Shown: in pieces, positions 13,391-24,641 of the stretch | How the letters are laid out: every line of letters begins with the position of its first letter | Numbering within the stretch: position 1 is the first letter of the stretch | NCBI GenBank assembly: GCA_035193785.1 | Contig: CP136572.1 | Location: forward strand, 1,972,578 to 2,036,577 | Source: Planktothrix sp. GU0601_MAG3 | Lineage (GTDB): Bacteria > Cyanobacteriota > Cyanobacteriia > Cyanobacteriales > Microcoleaceae | Length of the DNA: 64,000 nt | Reading direction: 5' to 3' | Notes under the pieces: model-generated | Seen by the model: the letters and a program-made list of their open reading frames with translations, nothing else | What the model was told of the DNA's origin: nothing | Database searches by the model: none | Translations under genes and position numbers: made by a program

Positions 13391-13978
13391 TTGATTATTG
13401 TTATTGATAATTACGATAGTTTCACATACAATATTGTTCAATATTTAGGAGAACTAGGGCAAGAATTACCCATAGCTGCTGAGGTTCAGGTATTTAGAAA
13501 TGATCGGATTTCCCTAGAACAAATCCGTCAAATGAAACCCGATGCTGTAGTTATTTCTCCAGGGCCAGGTCGTCCCGAAGATGCCGGAATTTCCCTTGAA
13601 TTAATTCGAGAATTGGGGCCGACTTTACCCATTTTAGGGGTATGTTTAGGTCATCAAAGTATTGGTCAAGTGTTTGGGGGAAATATTATTTCTGCCCCCG
13701 AACTAATGCACGGAAAAACTTCCCCCATCTATCATACAGGCGTGGGTGTTTTTCAAAATTTAGAGAATCCCCTAACAGCAACTCGCTATCATAGTCTAGT
13801 GATTGAACGGGAAACCTGTCCCGATAGTTTGGAAATTACCGGATGGGTGGAAGATGGGACAATTATGGGAGTTCGTCATCGGGAATATCCCCATATTCAG
13901 GGGGTACAATTTCACCCAGAAAGCGTTTTGACCCAGAATGGAAAACAACTTCTAAGAAACTTCCTAGAACGGATATAA
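13391..13978 (+). CDS. trpG: Anthranilate/aminodeoxychorismate synthase component II
   Basis: IDNYDSFTYN, SPGPG, GVCLGHQ, QFHPES. Confidence 0.9.
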   Translation: MIIVIDNYDSFTYNIVQYLGELGQELPIAAEVQVFRNDRISLEQIRQMKPDAVVISPGPGRPEDAGISLELIRELGPTLPILGVCLGHQSIGQVFGGNIISAPELMHGKTSPIYHTGVGVFQNLENPLTATRYHSLVIERETCPDSLEITGWVEDGTIMGVRHREYPHIQGVQFHPESVLTQNGKQLLRNFLERI

Positions 13979-14015
13979 TTGTTCCTTAATCCGTTGATCT
14001 GTCAATCTAAATAAT

Positions 14016-14819
14016 ATGAAACGGCGAAAATTAATTCAATTAACAACTACAACCCTATTAACCACCTTAGCAACTGGGTTGACATCTCAATGGCAAAATT
14101 CTTTAGCACAATCTACCCCTGAAAATACCTTAACTGTCCAATGGTTAGGACATACTTCCTTTTTATTTACCGGGGGAGGATTGAGAATTTTAGTTAATCC
14201 TTTTCGCCAAATTGGTTGTACCGCAGGTTATCGGAGTCCCCAAGAATTTTTCGCCGATTTAATCTTAATTAGTAGCCGTCTTTTAGATGAGGGTGTGACC
14301 GAAGGATTTGCAGGAAATCCGGCTTTATTATATGAACCCGGGGTTTATCAATTTAATGGTAATCAAATTCAAGGAATTCGCACCCTTAAAGATAGATTTA
14401 ATGGCAGACAATTTGGGGTAAATGTGGCTTGGTTGTGGAAACAAGCGGGAATTAAAATTTTACATTTGGGTGGATTATCCGGGCCATTGGGAATGGAAGA
14501 ACGGATTTTAATTGGTCGCCCAGATTTAATGTTGATTCCGGTGGGAGGTGGGGAGAAATCCTATACTCCAGAAGAAGCTAAAAAAACCATTGAATTTCTC
14601 AATCCTAAAATTGTTATTCCCACCCATTATCGCACCTTGGCGGCGGATGTGACGGCCTGTGATATTGAACCTGTGGACAATTTTTTGTCGGTGATGGCGG
14701 GAACATCAATACAAATTCAACAAACCGATACACTGACATTAACCGCAGATAATTTACCGAAACAAGGGCCGATAATTAACGTCTTAAATTATAACTTTGA
14801 TGTTACTCCTAAAAGTTAA
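14016..14819 (+). CDS. MBL-fold protein with Tat-like signal; metal ligands degenerate
   Basis: MKRRKL leader, WLGHTSF, IPVGG, IPTHY; HxHxDH motif replaced by SSRLLDE. Confidence 0.75.
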   Translation: MKRRKLIQLTTTTLLTTLATGLTSQWQNSLAQSTPENTLTVQWLGHTSFLFTGGGLRILVNPFRQIGCTAGYRSPQEFFADLILISSRLLDEGVTEGFAGNPALLYEPGVYQFNGNQIQGIRTLKDRFNGRQFGVNVAWLWKQAGIKILHLGGLSGPLGMEERILIGRPDLMLIPVGGGEKSYTPEEAKKTIEFLNPKIVIPTHYRTLAADVTACDIEPVDNFLSVMAGTSIQIQQTDTLTLTADNLPKQGPIINVLNYNFDVTPKS

Positions 14820-14839
14820 CTAAAAGTCTCCATCTCTAT

Positions 14840-15412
14840 TTGTATTTGATAACCATGATGACCATTCAAAATTACTCGCAAAAATTCATGGCTGGGTTTG
14901 TAGGTGTTTTTGGGGTGACGCTATTCGGGATTTTGCCCGTTCAAGCTCAACTGCATAATTACACCTTAACAAACTCAACCCAAATTACCGAAGTTCCGGC
15001 TACAATTTCCCTCGATATTATTGATACGATGGTTAGCGCGGGGGAATTTACCATTCTCACCCAAGCTTTACAAGCGGCGGACTTAGTTGATACGATTAAA
15101 GGTAAGGGGCCATTTACCCTATTTGCCCCCACGGATAAAGCCTTTTCTACACTTCCCCCGGGAGTTTTATCCGACTTACTGAAACCAGAAAATAAAGCCC
15201 AATTGGTCAAAATTCTCACCTCTCATGTTGTGGCGGGAAAGGTGTTATCCACTGACCTAACATCTGGAAAAGTCCAAACCTTACAAGGGGATAGTATTAG
15301 GATTGAATTGGGTGCATCGGTAAAAGTTAATAACGCCACGGTAATTAAAGCCGATGTTCCTGCTAGAAATGGTGTAATTCATGTTATTGATGCGGTGATT
15401 TTACCTGAATAA
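14840..15412 (+). CDS. Fasciclin (FAS1) domain protein
   Basis: FTLFAPTDKAF, NGVIHVIDAVILP, signal peptide. Confidence 0.9.
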   Translation: MYLITMMTIQNYSQKFMAGFVGVFGVTLFGILPVQAQLHNYTLTNSTQITEVPATISLDIIDTMVSAGEFTILTQALQAADLVDTIKGKGPFTLFAPTDKAFSTLPPGVLSDLLKPENKAQLVKILTSHVVAGKVLSTDLTSGKVQTLQGDSIRIELGASVKVNNATVIKADVPARNGVIHVIDAVILPE

Positions 15413-15439
15413 TTTTAATAATTTGTAGAGGATAAAACC

Positions 15440-16045
15440 ATGAAAACTTTAATAGCAAATAAAAATCAAGGCAAAAGTTTAGGAATTATCAGTATTTTGA
15501 GTTTATTAACATTAGGAACTATTTCCCCCGCCGTTGCTATGGAAGTTCAAATGTCTGCCAATTCCGAACTAATTTGTCGCCAACCTAGCCAAGATTTGGC
15601 TCAACTGCCGATTTCTCCGAAAGTGATTCAAGGTGTAGTTGGAGATTTAGCTACGGTTATTTTATCCGATGAGCGCTTTCAAATCCTGGGGATGATTTTA
15701 CAATCTATTGGATTATTAGATGCTTTAAAACAGGGGGATTTTACCATTTTTGCCCCTACGGATGAAGCTCTCGCTAAATTACCTCAACAAATTTTAGATG
15801 CTATTCTAAAATCGCAAAACCTCAACCGATTTACCGAATTATTAGAATATCATGTAATTCCTGGTAAAGTCACAACAACGGAGTTGAAATCAGGAAAAAT
15901 CAAAACTTTGGAGGGAGATTCTATTACGATTAAAACCAATAAAAATCAAATTAAAGTCGGCAATGCCACGGTCATTGATTCTGATATTCCGGCAAGTAAT
16001 GGGGTAATTCATGTTATTGATCAAATATTAATTCTACCGAAATAA
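15440..16045 (+). CDS. Fasciclin (FAS1) domain protein
   Basis: FTIFAPTDEA, NGVIHVIDQILILP, signal peptide. Confidence 0.9.
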   Translation: MKTLIANKNQGKSLGIISILSLLTLGTISPAVAMEVQMSANSELICRQPSQDLAQLPISPKVIQGVVGDLATVILSDERFQILGMILQSIGLLDALKQGDFTIFAPTDEALAKLPQQILDAILKSQNLNRFTELLEYHVIPGKVTTTELKSGKIKTLEGDSITIKTNKNQIKVGNATVIDSDIPASNGVIHVIDQILILPK

Positions 16046-16065
16046 GTTAAAATAGTTATCAGTTG

Positions 16066-16264
16066 TAGGGGCGGGTTTCGCCTTAACCTTCGATATGTAC
16101 AATAAATCCACCTAAACCCGCCCCGACTCAACTCAACTTTGATATGTACAATAAATCTACCTAAACCCGCCCCGACTCAACTTTGATATGTACAATAAAT
16201 CTACCTAAACCCGCCCCGACTCAACTTTGATATGTACAATAAATCTACCTAAACCAACCCCGAC
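16066..16264. repeat. Tandem REP-like array, 4 units of 44-49 bp
   Basis: Unit ctttgatatgtacaataaatctacctaaacccgccccgactcaa; GATATGTAC at 16092, 16141, 16185, 16229; starts with gtaggggcgggttt. Confidence 0.9.
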
Positions 16265-16305
16265 ATATCCTCAGAATTAATTATCAATTGAATATTAATG
16301 GTGGG

Positions 16306-16928
16306 GTGGGGCAGGTTTTTCAAGATTATCTGTGGGAAACATAAATCAATACAGAACCCGCCCCTACAAATGATAAACTGATGACATATTGAGGCGGAGA
16401 GTGGGCGGGTTTTTCAAGATTATCTGTGGGAAACACAAATCAATACAGAACCCGCCCCTACAAATGATAAACTGATGACATATTGAGGCGGAGTGGGCAG
16501 GTTTTTCAAGATTATCTGTGGGAAACACAAATCAATACAGAACCCGCCCCTACAAATGATAAACTGATGACATATTGAGGCGGAGTGGGGCAGGTTTTTC
16601 AAGATTATCTGTGGGAAACACAAATCAATACAGAACCCGCCCCTACAAATGATAAACTGATGACATATTGAGGCGGAGAGTGGGCGGGTTTTTCAAGATT
16701 ATCTGCGGGAAACAGAAATCAATACAGAACCCGCCCCTACAAATGATAAACTGATGACATATTGAGGCGGAGTGGGCGGGTTTTTAAAGATTATCTGCGG
16801 GAAACAGAAATCAATACAGAACCCGCCCCTACAAATGATAAACTGATGACATATTGAGGCGGAGTGGGCGGGTTTTTAAAGATTATCTGCGGGAAACAGA
16901 AATCAATACAGAACCCGCCCCTACAAAT
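16306..16928. repeat. Tandem REP-like array, 7 units of 92-94 bp
   Basis: Unit gggcgggtttttcaagattatctgtgggaaacacaaatcaatacagaacccgcccctacaaatgataaactgatgacatattgaggcggagt; register points at 16321, 16415, 16507, 16600, 16694, 16786, 16878. Confidence 0.92.
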
Positions 16929-16961
16929 CCTTCTATCTACTAAATAACCAAATTTATATTT

Positions 16962-18155
16962 ATGAAATTAAGCCTTTGCATGATTGTTAAAAATGAACAA
17001 GAAACTTTAGCAAAATGTTTAAATAGTGTTAAAGGAATTGTTGATGAAATAATTATTGTTGATACGGGGTCAACGGACAAAACTACCAAAATCGCTCAAC
17101 AATTTGGGGCAGAAGTTCATTCCTTTAATTGGTGTGATGACTTTTCCAAAGCCAGAAATGCAGCCCTAAGTTATGCCACCGGACAGTGGATTTTAGTATT
17201 AGATGCAGATGAAATTTTAGCCCCGGAAATTGGGGTACAACTGCATCAAATTATGGAAAATCGTAATTTAATTGTAGTTAACTTAATTAGACAGGAAATC
17301 GGCGCCAGTCAGTCCCCTTATTCCTTAGTTTCTCGACTGTTTAGAAATCATCCCCAAATCTGTTTTTCCCGTCCCTATCATGCCATGGTAGATGATAGCG
17401 TCACCGAATTAATTCGCCAAAAACCGCAATGGCAAATTGGAACATTACCCCAAGTTGCTATTTTACATGAGGGATACCAAGCCGAAGCGATCGCCAAACG
17501 GAATAAATGGCAACTGGCAAAAACATCCATGGAGAGCTACCTAAAAGAACATCCAACGGACGGATATGCCGCGAGTAAATTGGGGGCTTTATACGTCGAA
17601 ATTGGCGACTTAGAGCGCGGAATTGAACTATTAAAATTAGGATTATCTCAAGGGAGTAATGGAGAAGATGGGGTTTTATATGAACTCCATTATCATTTGG
17701 GCATAGCCTATAGTAAAAAAGGACAATTTATCCTAGCAAAATATCATTATCAAACCGCCGTTAATGTTAATATTATACCACAATTAAAACTGGGAGCCTA
17801 TAATAATTTAGGCAATATTTTCAAACAAGAAGGAGAACTAGAATCCGCAAAAATAGCCTATCAAACCGCCATAGAAATTGATCCCAGTTTAGCGATCGCC
17901 CATTATAATTTGGGTATGACCTTGAGGGCAATGGGGGCCTATCGAGAAGCGATCGCCGCCTATCAAAAGGCCCTAGAATTCAATCCCAACTCCGCCGAAA
18001 CCTTCCAAAATTTAGGAGTCCTCTTACTACAAATTGGTCAACTCAGCGATAGCTCAATGATGTTTAAAGCCGCCATAGAATTACACGAACAAAATAACTC
18101 CCCAGAAGCCCAACGCTTGCGTCAGGAATTAGGGGAAATGGGTTTTCGAGTTTGA
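16962..18155 (+). CDS. GT2 glycosyltransferase with C-terminal TPR repeats
   Basis: LSLCMIVKNE, VDTGSTD, DDFSKARN, LDADE; AYNNLG/AHYNLG TPRs. Confidence 0.9.
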   Translation: MKLSLCMIVKNEQETLAKCLNSVKGIVDEIIIVDTGSTDKTTKIAQQFGAEVHSFNWCDDFSKARNAALSYATGQWILVLDADEILAPEIGVQLHQIMENRNLIVVNLIRQEIGASQSPYSLVSRLFRNHPQICFSRPYHAMVDDSVTELIRQKPQWQIGTLPQVAILHEGYQAEAIAKRNKWQLAKTSMESYLKEHPTDGYAASKLGALYVEIGDLERGIELLKLGLSQGSNGEDGVLYELHYHLGIAYSKKGQFILAKYHYQTAVNVNIIPQLKLGAYNNLGNIFKQEGELESAKIAYQTAIEIDPSLAIAHYNLGMTLRAMGAYREAIAAYQKALEFNPNSAETFQNLGVLLLQIGQLSDSSMMFKAAIELHEQNNSPEAQRLRQELGEMGFRV

Positions 18156-18299
18156 GAGATTACGGAGAAATAATAAAATAGTTTTCCAAATTTTTCCATA
18201 ATCAGCTATCATGCAGCAAAAGCTTGTCCTGAGCCATGTCCTGAGTCATGTCGAAGGATTGTCGAACGGATTAGATCATTTTTCTAGGAGTTAGGTAAT

Positions 18300-19362
18300 A
18301 TGGGTAATGCAGAACGGATTCCCGTCGGTATTGTCGGGGCATCGGGCTATGGTGGTGTGCAGTTGGTGCGTTTGTTACAGGATCATCCCCTGGTCAGAAT
18401 TGCTTATTTGGGCGGGGATAGTAGCGCCGGAAAACCCTTTTGTAGTCTCTATCCCCATTTGAATGAATGTGTGGATTTAGTGATCGAACCTATTGATATT
18501 GATAAAATAGCCTCTAAATGTCAAATTGTCTTTCTATCCCTCCCGAATAATTTGGCCTATACCATGGCCCCCCAATTAATAGAAAAAGGATGTAAAGTAT
18601 TAGATTTATCGGCGGATTATCGATTTTCTAATTTAGACATTTATAAAAAATGGTATGGGGGAGAAACGCACGGATCAAGCCATCGCAGCAACGGCCGTTT
18701 ATGGCTTACCTGAATTGTATCGCGATCGCCTAGCTACGGCTCAATTAGTTGGTTGTGCCGGGTGTTATGTCACCGCCAGTTTATTAGCCATTTCTCCCCT
18801 ATTAAAACAGGGATTAGTTGATCCCCATACCACCATTATTGACGCCAAATCCGGCACTTCTGGCGGGGGAAGACAGGCTAAAGTTAATATGTTATTAGCC
18901 GAAGCTGATAGTTCAATTGGGGCTTATAGTGTCGGTGGTCATCATCGCCATACCCCAGAAATTGAACAGGTTTGTAGTGACTTAGCCGGACACGATATTT
19001 TAGTCCAATTTACCCCCCATTTAATGCCGATGGTCAGGGGAATTTTAGCCACTGTTTATGCAACTTTACGAGATCCAGGATTAGTTCGAGAGGATTTAAT
19101 TACCATTTATAAAGCGTTTTATCGCAATTCTCCCCTGGTTAAAATCTTACCTGGTGGCACCTATCCTCAAACAAAATGGGCCTGTGGAACTAATCTTTGT
19201 TACTTAGGAATTGAAGTTGATCAACGCACCGGACGAGTGATTGTTATGTCGGCTATTGATAACTTAATTAAAGGTCAAGCCGGACAGGGAGTGCAGTGTA
19301 TGAATATTATGATGGGTTGGGAAGAAACCTTGGGTTTACCGCAATTGTGTTTCTATCCTTAA
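18300..19362 (+). CDS. argC: N-acetyl-gamma-glutamyl-phosphate reductase (frameshift near 18665)
   Basis: [47 protein letters not shown]. Confidence 0.95.
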
Positions 19363-19368
19363 ATCTTT

Positions 19369-19426
19369 GTAGAGACGCGCCATGCAGAGACGCGCCATGC
19401 AGAGACGCGCCATGGCACGTCTCTAC
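19369..19426. repeat. GTAG-type REP palindrome with a triplicated 15-bp arm, between convergent genes
   Basis: gtagagacgcgccatg-cagagacgcgccatg-cagagacgcgccatg-gcacgtctctac. Confidence 0.8.
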
Positions 19427-19430
19427 GGGA

Positions 19431-20214
19431 TTATTTCTTGGGTTTAAACTGTTTTTCCACTAAACTCACAATCGTATCTCTAGGGAAAAATCGAGGTAAA
19501 TTTACAATAAATTGATTACCAAATCCTCCAGTTACTAAAGTTGAAAAGTCTTTTTCTAAGGCTTTTAATGTGTCTTGAACAACTTCTTCCGCCGTCGTAT
19601 AATTCTGTGCGCCCCCGGAAAAGGTTTGAGGAAATTCTGCCGCAACAAAAAAGTTAGATTCCGTTGGCCCAGGACAAACGACTAAAAGTCTCACCCCAGA
19701 GTCTTTATTTTCCGCCCATAAAGCCTCGGTAAAATTCAAAACAAAGGCTTTTGTTCCCGCATAAACCGAACAATAGGGTAGGGGTTGATAACCCGCAATA
19801 GAAGCGACATTAACGATCGCACCCGCACCCCGTTTTTTCATATCAGTTAAGAATAAATGAGTCAGTTCAACTAATGCTGTAATATTTAACTGAATCATTT
19901 GCACTTGTTTGGTTAAAGGGCGATCGGTAAAGGCTCCATAATCTCCAAATCCCGCATTATTAATTAGTAAATCAATAGTTAATCCCTGTTGAGAGATGGC
20001 ATCGAAAACCGATTGTGTGGCTCCTGGTTTCTGTCAAATCTTGAGGAATTAGATGGGCTTTAATATTATATTGCGATCGCAATTTTTCGGCCAGTTGTTC
20101 TAATTTATCTTGAGAACGAGCCACCAAAACCACATCCATTTTCCGAGATGCCAATTCCTTCGCAAACGCCGCCCCAATTCCAACAGAAGCTCCTGTAATT
20201 AACGCAGTTTTCAT
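19431..20214 (-). CDS. SDR family oxidoreductase (frameshift near 20030)
   Basis: ALITGASVGIG, NNAG, YAGTK. Confidence 0.9.
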
Positions 20215-20351
20215 TGATTTTCCATCCTAGAATAACTTTCTAGTCAATTATTGTAACGCATTCTTAATATTCTGTTGTTGTTAAAACAGTATTTTAGGGT
20301 AAATGATCAAAATTATAATTTTGACCAAAATGATTTAGTTAAGTATCTATC

Positions 20352-21899
20352 ATGGTAGCTCCCACAAACAGAAAGCAAGATAAATTTCAAGCCTATTACA
20401 CGAATTGTGATCATATTACTTCCTATATGGTAGGACTTCTGGAATGTGATGATAATATATCTGTGCTTGAACCTTGTGCGGGTGAGGGTGTGTTTATTGA
20501 CGAGTTATTAAAACAGGAATTAACTCCAGAAATTACTGCTTATGAGTTAAATATTTATGCCATAAATCAGTTAAATATTAAATATAATAACTTAAAAAAT
20601 ATTGAGATTATACATCAAGATTTTATCCTGATAAACACTAACAAAAAATTCGATAGAGTGATTGCAAATCCCCCCTATGGAGCCTATCAATCACCAGAAA
20701 AAAGAAAACAATTAAAAAAAGCATATCCCCATATATATGCTAAGGAAACCTACGGTTTATTTTTAATTCGGACGTTGGAATTATTAAAACAGGACGGACG
20801 CCTGGTTTTTATTATTCCCGATACCTATTTATCACTCCATCATCATCAAGGTTTGCGAAAAGAAATTATTAGTAATTATAAAATAGAGTCAATCACGCTT
20901 TTTCCTTCTGATTTTTTCCCGGGTGTCAACTTTGGCTATGCGGGTTTAAGTATAATATCTATTGTTAAGGAAAAACCCAATATTGATTATAATTTTCCTG
21001 TATATAATGGTTTACATTCACCGTCGGAGTTGACAAAATTGTTAACTGATACCAAGAAAAATTATGAAGTTTGTAGACTTTCATACAGTCAGCTTATTAA
21101 CAATCCATCCCAGGCTTTTTTTCTGTCTTCAAAAGACTGGATTTCTCAAGTTCTGAGTTCTGATAATATGACAATAGGTGATATTTGTTTTGTGGTGACG
21201 GGTTTTTATTCGGGGAATGATGGGAAGTATTTAAGGCGATCGCCATCTGTTACTAGGGGAAGTAAAAAATATGCTATTGTAGACAATAATAATATCTGTA
21301 GAGATAATCTTTCTATTAATCCACCCCTAAATGGGATCAAAAATGATTGTTATTGGGTTCCTATTGTCAAGGGTGGTAATCAAAGATTCTACAAACAATC
21401 AGAATGGTTTATGGACTGGGGGGAAGAGGCGGTTAATGATTATAAAGTTACGAATAAGCAAAAAGCCAGATTTCAGAACTCCCAATTTTATTTCCGTCAG
21501 GGAATAGCTGTACCGATGATATCATCTTCTTCAATTACGGGATCATTGATGGACGGGAGATTATTTGATCAGTCTATTGTGGGAATATTTCCCCACCAAG
21601 ATTACCAGGATTTAATTTACTATTTACTGGGGTTTTTTAATAGTAAAGTTTGTAATGATCTGATTAGAACTATTAATACAAGCACCAATAATTCCGCCAA
21701 TTACATTAAGAAAATACCTTTAATCATACCACAAAAACAGTTGTTGGAAATTATCTTAAAAGAAGTAGAATGGCTGATTATATTATCTAAGTCTAATATT
21801 ATTAATGATCAAGATTTGCAAAAATTAAATGAATACTTTTATGATATATACGGGGCAAAAATATCCTACATAGCAATCTCGCCTAGCAATTCTGTTTGA
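20352..21899 (+). CDS. N6-adenine DNA methyltransferase (gamma class, Eco57I/TaqI-like), orphan
   Basis: Motif I LEPCAGEGVF, motif IV IANPPY, C-terminal TRD-like region (PIVKGG, YLLGFFNSK, IKKIPL). Confidence 0.88.
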   Translation: MVAPTNRKQDKFQAYYTNCDHITSYMVGLLECDDNISVLEPCAGEGVFIDELLKQELTPEITAYELNIYAINQLNIKYNNLKNIEIIHQDFILINTNKKFDRVIANPPYGAYQSPEKRKQLKKAYPHIYAKETYGLFLIRTLELLKQDGRLVFIIPDTYLSLHHHQGLRKEIISNYKIESITLFPSDFFPGVNFGYAGLSIISIVKEKPNIDYNFPVYNGLHSPSELTKLLTDTKKNYEVCRLSYSQLINNPSQAFFLSSKDWISQVLSSDNMTIGDICFVVTGFYSGNDGKYLRRSPSVTRGSKKYAIVDNNNICRDNLSINPPLNGIKNDCYWVPIVKGGNQRFYKQSEWFMDWGEEAVNDYKVTNKQKARFQNSQFYFRQGIAVPMISSSSITGSLMDGRLFDQSIVGIFPHQDYQDLIYYLLGFFNSKVCNDLIRTINTSTNNSANYIKKIPLIIPQKQLLEIILKEVEWLIILSKSNIINDQDLQKLNEYFYDIYGAKISYIAISPSNSV

Positions 21900-22108
21900 T
21901 CACTCCTGTAATTAATGCGGTTTTCATTAATTGTAGATCCTCAAATAATCTTCTAGTTGATTATTGTAAAGCATTTTTAATATCTGCTGCTTTTGCCACT
22001 GTGTTAATGATAATATAGTGATTCTTTCCGTCTTGGGCTGGGTCTGTTATGATGGTAAAGGGTTTTAAGTTGAGTATGACTAAAATAGAAATTTATGGGG
22101 CATAGGCG

Positions 22109-23912
22109 ATGAAACGCTATATTTGTATTGCCATTGGCATTAATCAATATCAATATCTGCAACCCTTGAATTATGCCCAAAAGGATGCAGAGGCTATTTA
22201 TGAATATTTGGTTGATGTTGCCGGATTTCCTCGTGATCAGAGTTTATTGCTCTGCGATCACTCGCCCCCAGTGTCGAGGATGTCCACCTATCCCAACCAA
22301 GAAAATGTTTTAGATTGGGTAGAGTCTTTCTGTAAAGAGCAACTCGGCCCGGAGGATGTCCTTTGGTTTTTCTTTAGTGGTCATGGGTTCGCCAAGGATG
22401 GACAGGATTATCTATTGCCGATTGACGGTAATCCGAATCAGTTAGAAACAACGGGAATTCCCATTCAAAAGTTATTTGACTATTTTAAAGCCGCAGCAAC
22501 CGATAAAATTTTGGTGTTGCTGGATATTAACCGCGCTCAGGGGGCGCACGCGGGGGAAAGTGTTGGAATTCAAACGGCTGAAATCGCCCGAAAATTACAA
22601 ATTCCCACGATTTTATCTTGTCAGCCCGAACAGTTGTCCCGGGAAACTTCGGCTTTGCGCCAAGGATTCTTCACTTCGGTATTATTAGAAGGGTTGAAAG
22701 CCGGACAATTTTCAACTTCAGATTCATTAATTTATGGACTGGAGAAACGTTTACCGGAAGTGACGGAACAACATTTAAGACCCCGACAAAACCCCGTATT
22801 TGCAGTTTATCCAGCCTCTAAACTCCAGCAGGTACTTTTACCTGAAAGTCGTCAGGTGGCTATTAATCTTTCCAACGGTATTAGAGAAATAAATATGGCA
22901 ACTGTAGAATCTCATCAAAATGGGACTGCTCCTGTATCGGAAGATCCACTGAAATTATCCCGATCTTCTGATCAAGGAAATGGAGAGCGGGGTTTCTGCG
23001 ACAGGTGAACCCGTCGAGCCCGGAAATTTACCCCCAAATTCTCCAGCTTCTGTAGTTCAGATGAACTCCCAACCGCCTGTAAGTTCAACGGAGGAAACTA
23101 TGACAGAAAGTTCATTTTTACAACGGTTAATTCTTTGGAGTGGCGCAACGGCAATGGTACTGTTGCTGGGTGTATTTTTGACCAATAAACCGATATTTTT
23201 AGGTCAAAAAACCGCTAAGTCTTCTGTTGAGACTTCAACGGCGGTTAAAACTCCCAAACCACTACCCGCGACCACGAAACCGGAACCCACAGCCCCGACT
23301 CCCACCCCCGCAAGTCCCGCTCAATTGTTAGATGAATCGAAACTTATATTAAAAGATGCTTCCGCTTCTGATTTTAGTAAGGCGATCGCCATCGTTCAAC
23401 GGATTCCGGCGAGTGATCCGCAGTACAAGGAAGCCCAAGGGGATATTGAACAGTGGAGTAAAACTATCCTGGTGATTGCCCAAGGACGCGCCCTGAGTCA
23501 AAATTTGCCCGGAGCAGTGGAGGCGCTCGAGTTGCTCCCCGACGCTAATCCTGAGATTTATCAACAGGGACAAAAACAGCTTGAGGAGTGGAAAGCTCAG
23601 TTAAAAATCCTGAACAATAATCAGGGAATTATGAGCCAAGCTAAGGCTTTAATTAAGCCCGGTCAAGCCTCATCCTATAGTGATGCTATCGGTCTTGTGC
23701 AAAAAATTCCGGCGGATCAGCCTGGATATTCGGAGGCCGAGAAATTAATCAATCAATGGTCAAATCAAATCTGGGAAATTGCTCAATCCCGTGCTAAGAC
23801 AAAGCAATATAATAATGCTATTGAAGCGGCTAAGTTAGTACCCGAAAATACATCGGCCCATGATGCGGCTCAGAAAGCGATCGCTGATTGGAAAACCAAA
23901 CCTAATAAGTAA
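22109..23912 (+). CDS. Caspase-family (orthocaspase-like) membrane protein lacking the catalytic Cys (frameshift near 22990)
   Basis: AIGINQY, FFFSGHG, LLDINR in place of LDAC; TM helix followed by a Pro/Thr linker and helical repeats. Confidence 0.85.
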
Positions 23913-23924
23913 TCAAGTTGACAG

Positions 23925-23985
23925 GTGGGGGCGGGTTATATGATATCTGTGTTAATCACCTAAATCTTGATAAACCCGCCCCTAC
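23925..23985. repeat. REP-like palindrome, same family as the 16.3-kb array
   Basis: gtgggggcgggtt...aaacccgcccctac between convergent genes. Confidence 0.75.
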
Positions 23986-24002
23986 AACTGATAACTGATT
24001 AA

Positions 24003-24641
24003 TTACTGATAACTGATTTTAGTTCCCCCTAAACCGCAGTAGCCATTGGGGTTTTTGGCTAAATATTGTTGGTGATAACTTTCGGCATAATAAAATTCCG
24101 GTGCTGGTAGAATTTCCGTGGTTATTGTTTCATAACCTCCTTGTTTCAAGGCGATTTGATAGGTGTCCCGGGAGGCTTCGGCTAGTTCCCGTTGTTGCTC
24201 AGAATAAACATAAATTCCTGAACGGTATTGTGTTCCAGCATCGTTACCCTGACGCATTCCCTGGGTCGGATTGTGGCTTTCCCAAAAGACTTTTAGCAAT
24301 TGTTCATAACTAATTACCTTGGGATCATAAACCACTAACACGACTTCATTATGTCCCGTTTGCCCGCTACAAACTTCTTCATAGGTGGGGTTAGGAGTAA
24401 ATCCGGCACTGTAGCCCACGGAGGTACTAAACACCCCTTCCTGCTGCCAAAAACGACGTTCTGCCCCCCAAAAACAACCCATCCCAAACATCGCCATTTC
24501 CAGTCCTGGGGGAAAGGGAGGTTTCAGGGGATTACCATTGACATAATGTTTGTCGGGTACGGACATAACTTGTTGACGTCCGGGTAGGGCGTCGGAGGCT
24601 GAAGGCATTTTCAGTTTTTTACCAAGTCCAAAGATGTGCAT
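24003..24641 (-). CDS. msrA: Peptide methionine sulfoxide reductase MsrA
   Basis: [21 protein letters not shown]. Confidence 0.95.
   Translation of the reverse strand: MHIFGLGKKLKMPSASDALPGRQQVMSVPDKHYVNGNPLKPPFPPGLEMAMFGMGCFWGAERRFWQQEGVFSTSVGYSAGFTPNPTYEEVCSGQTGHNEVVLVVYDPKVISYEQLLKVFWESHNPTQGMRQGNDAGTQYRSGIYVYSEQQRELAEASRDTYQIALKQGGYETITTEILPAPEFYYAESYHQQYLAKNPNGYCGLGGTKISYQ

Noticed and set aside
16066..16928. Possible CRISPR array
   Set aside because: The sequence between palindromes is identical from unit to unit, with no unique spacers and no cas genes. The 67-aa ORF at 16420..16623 is only repeat translation.
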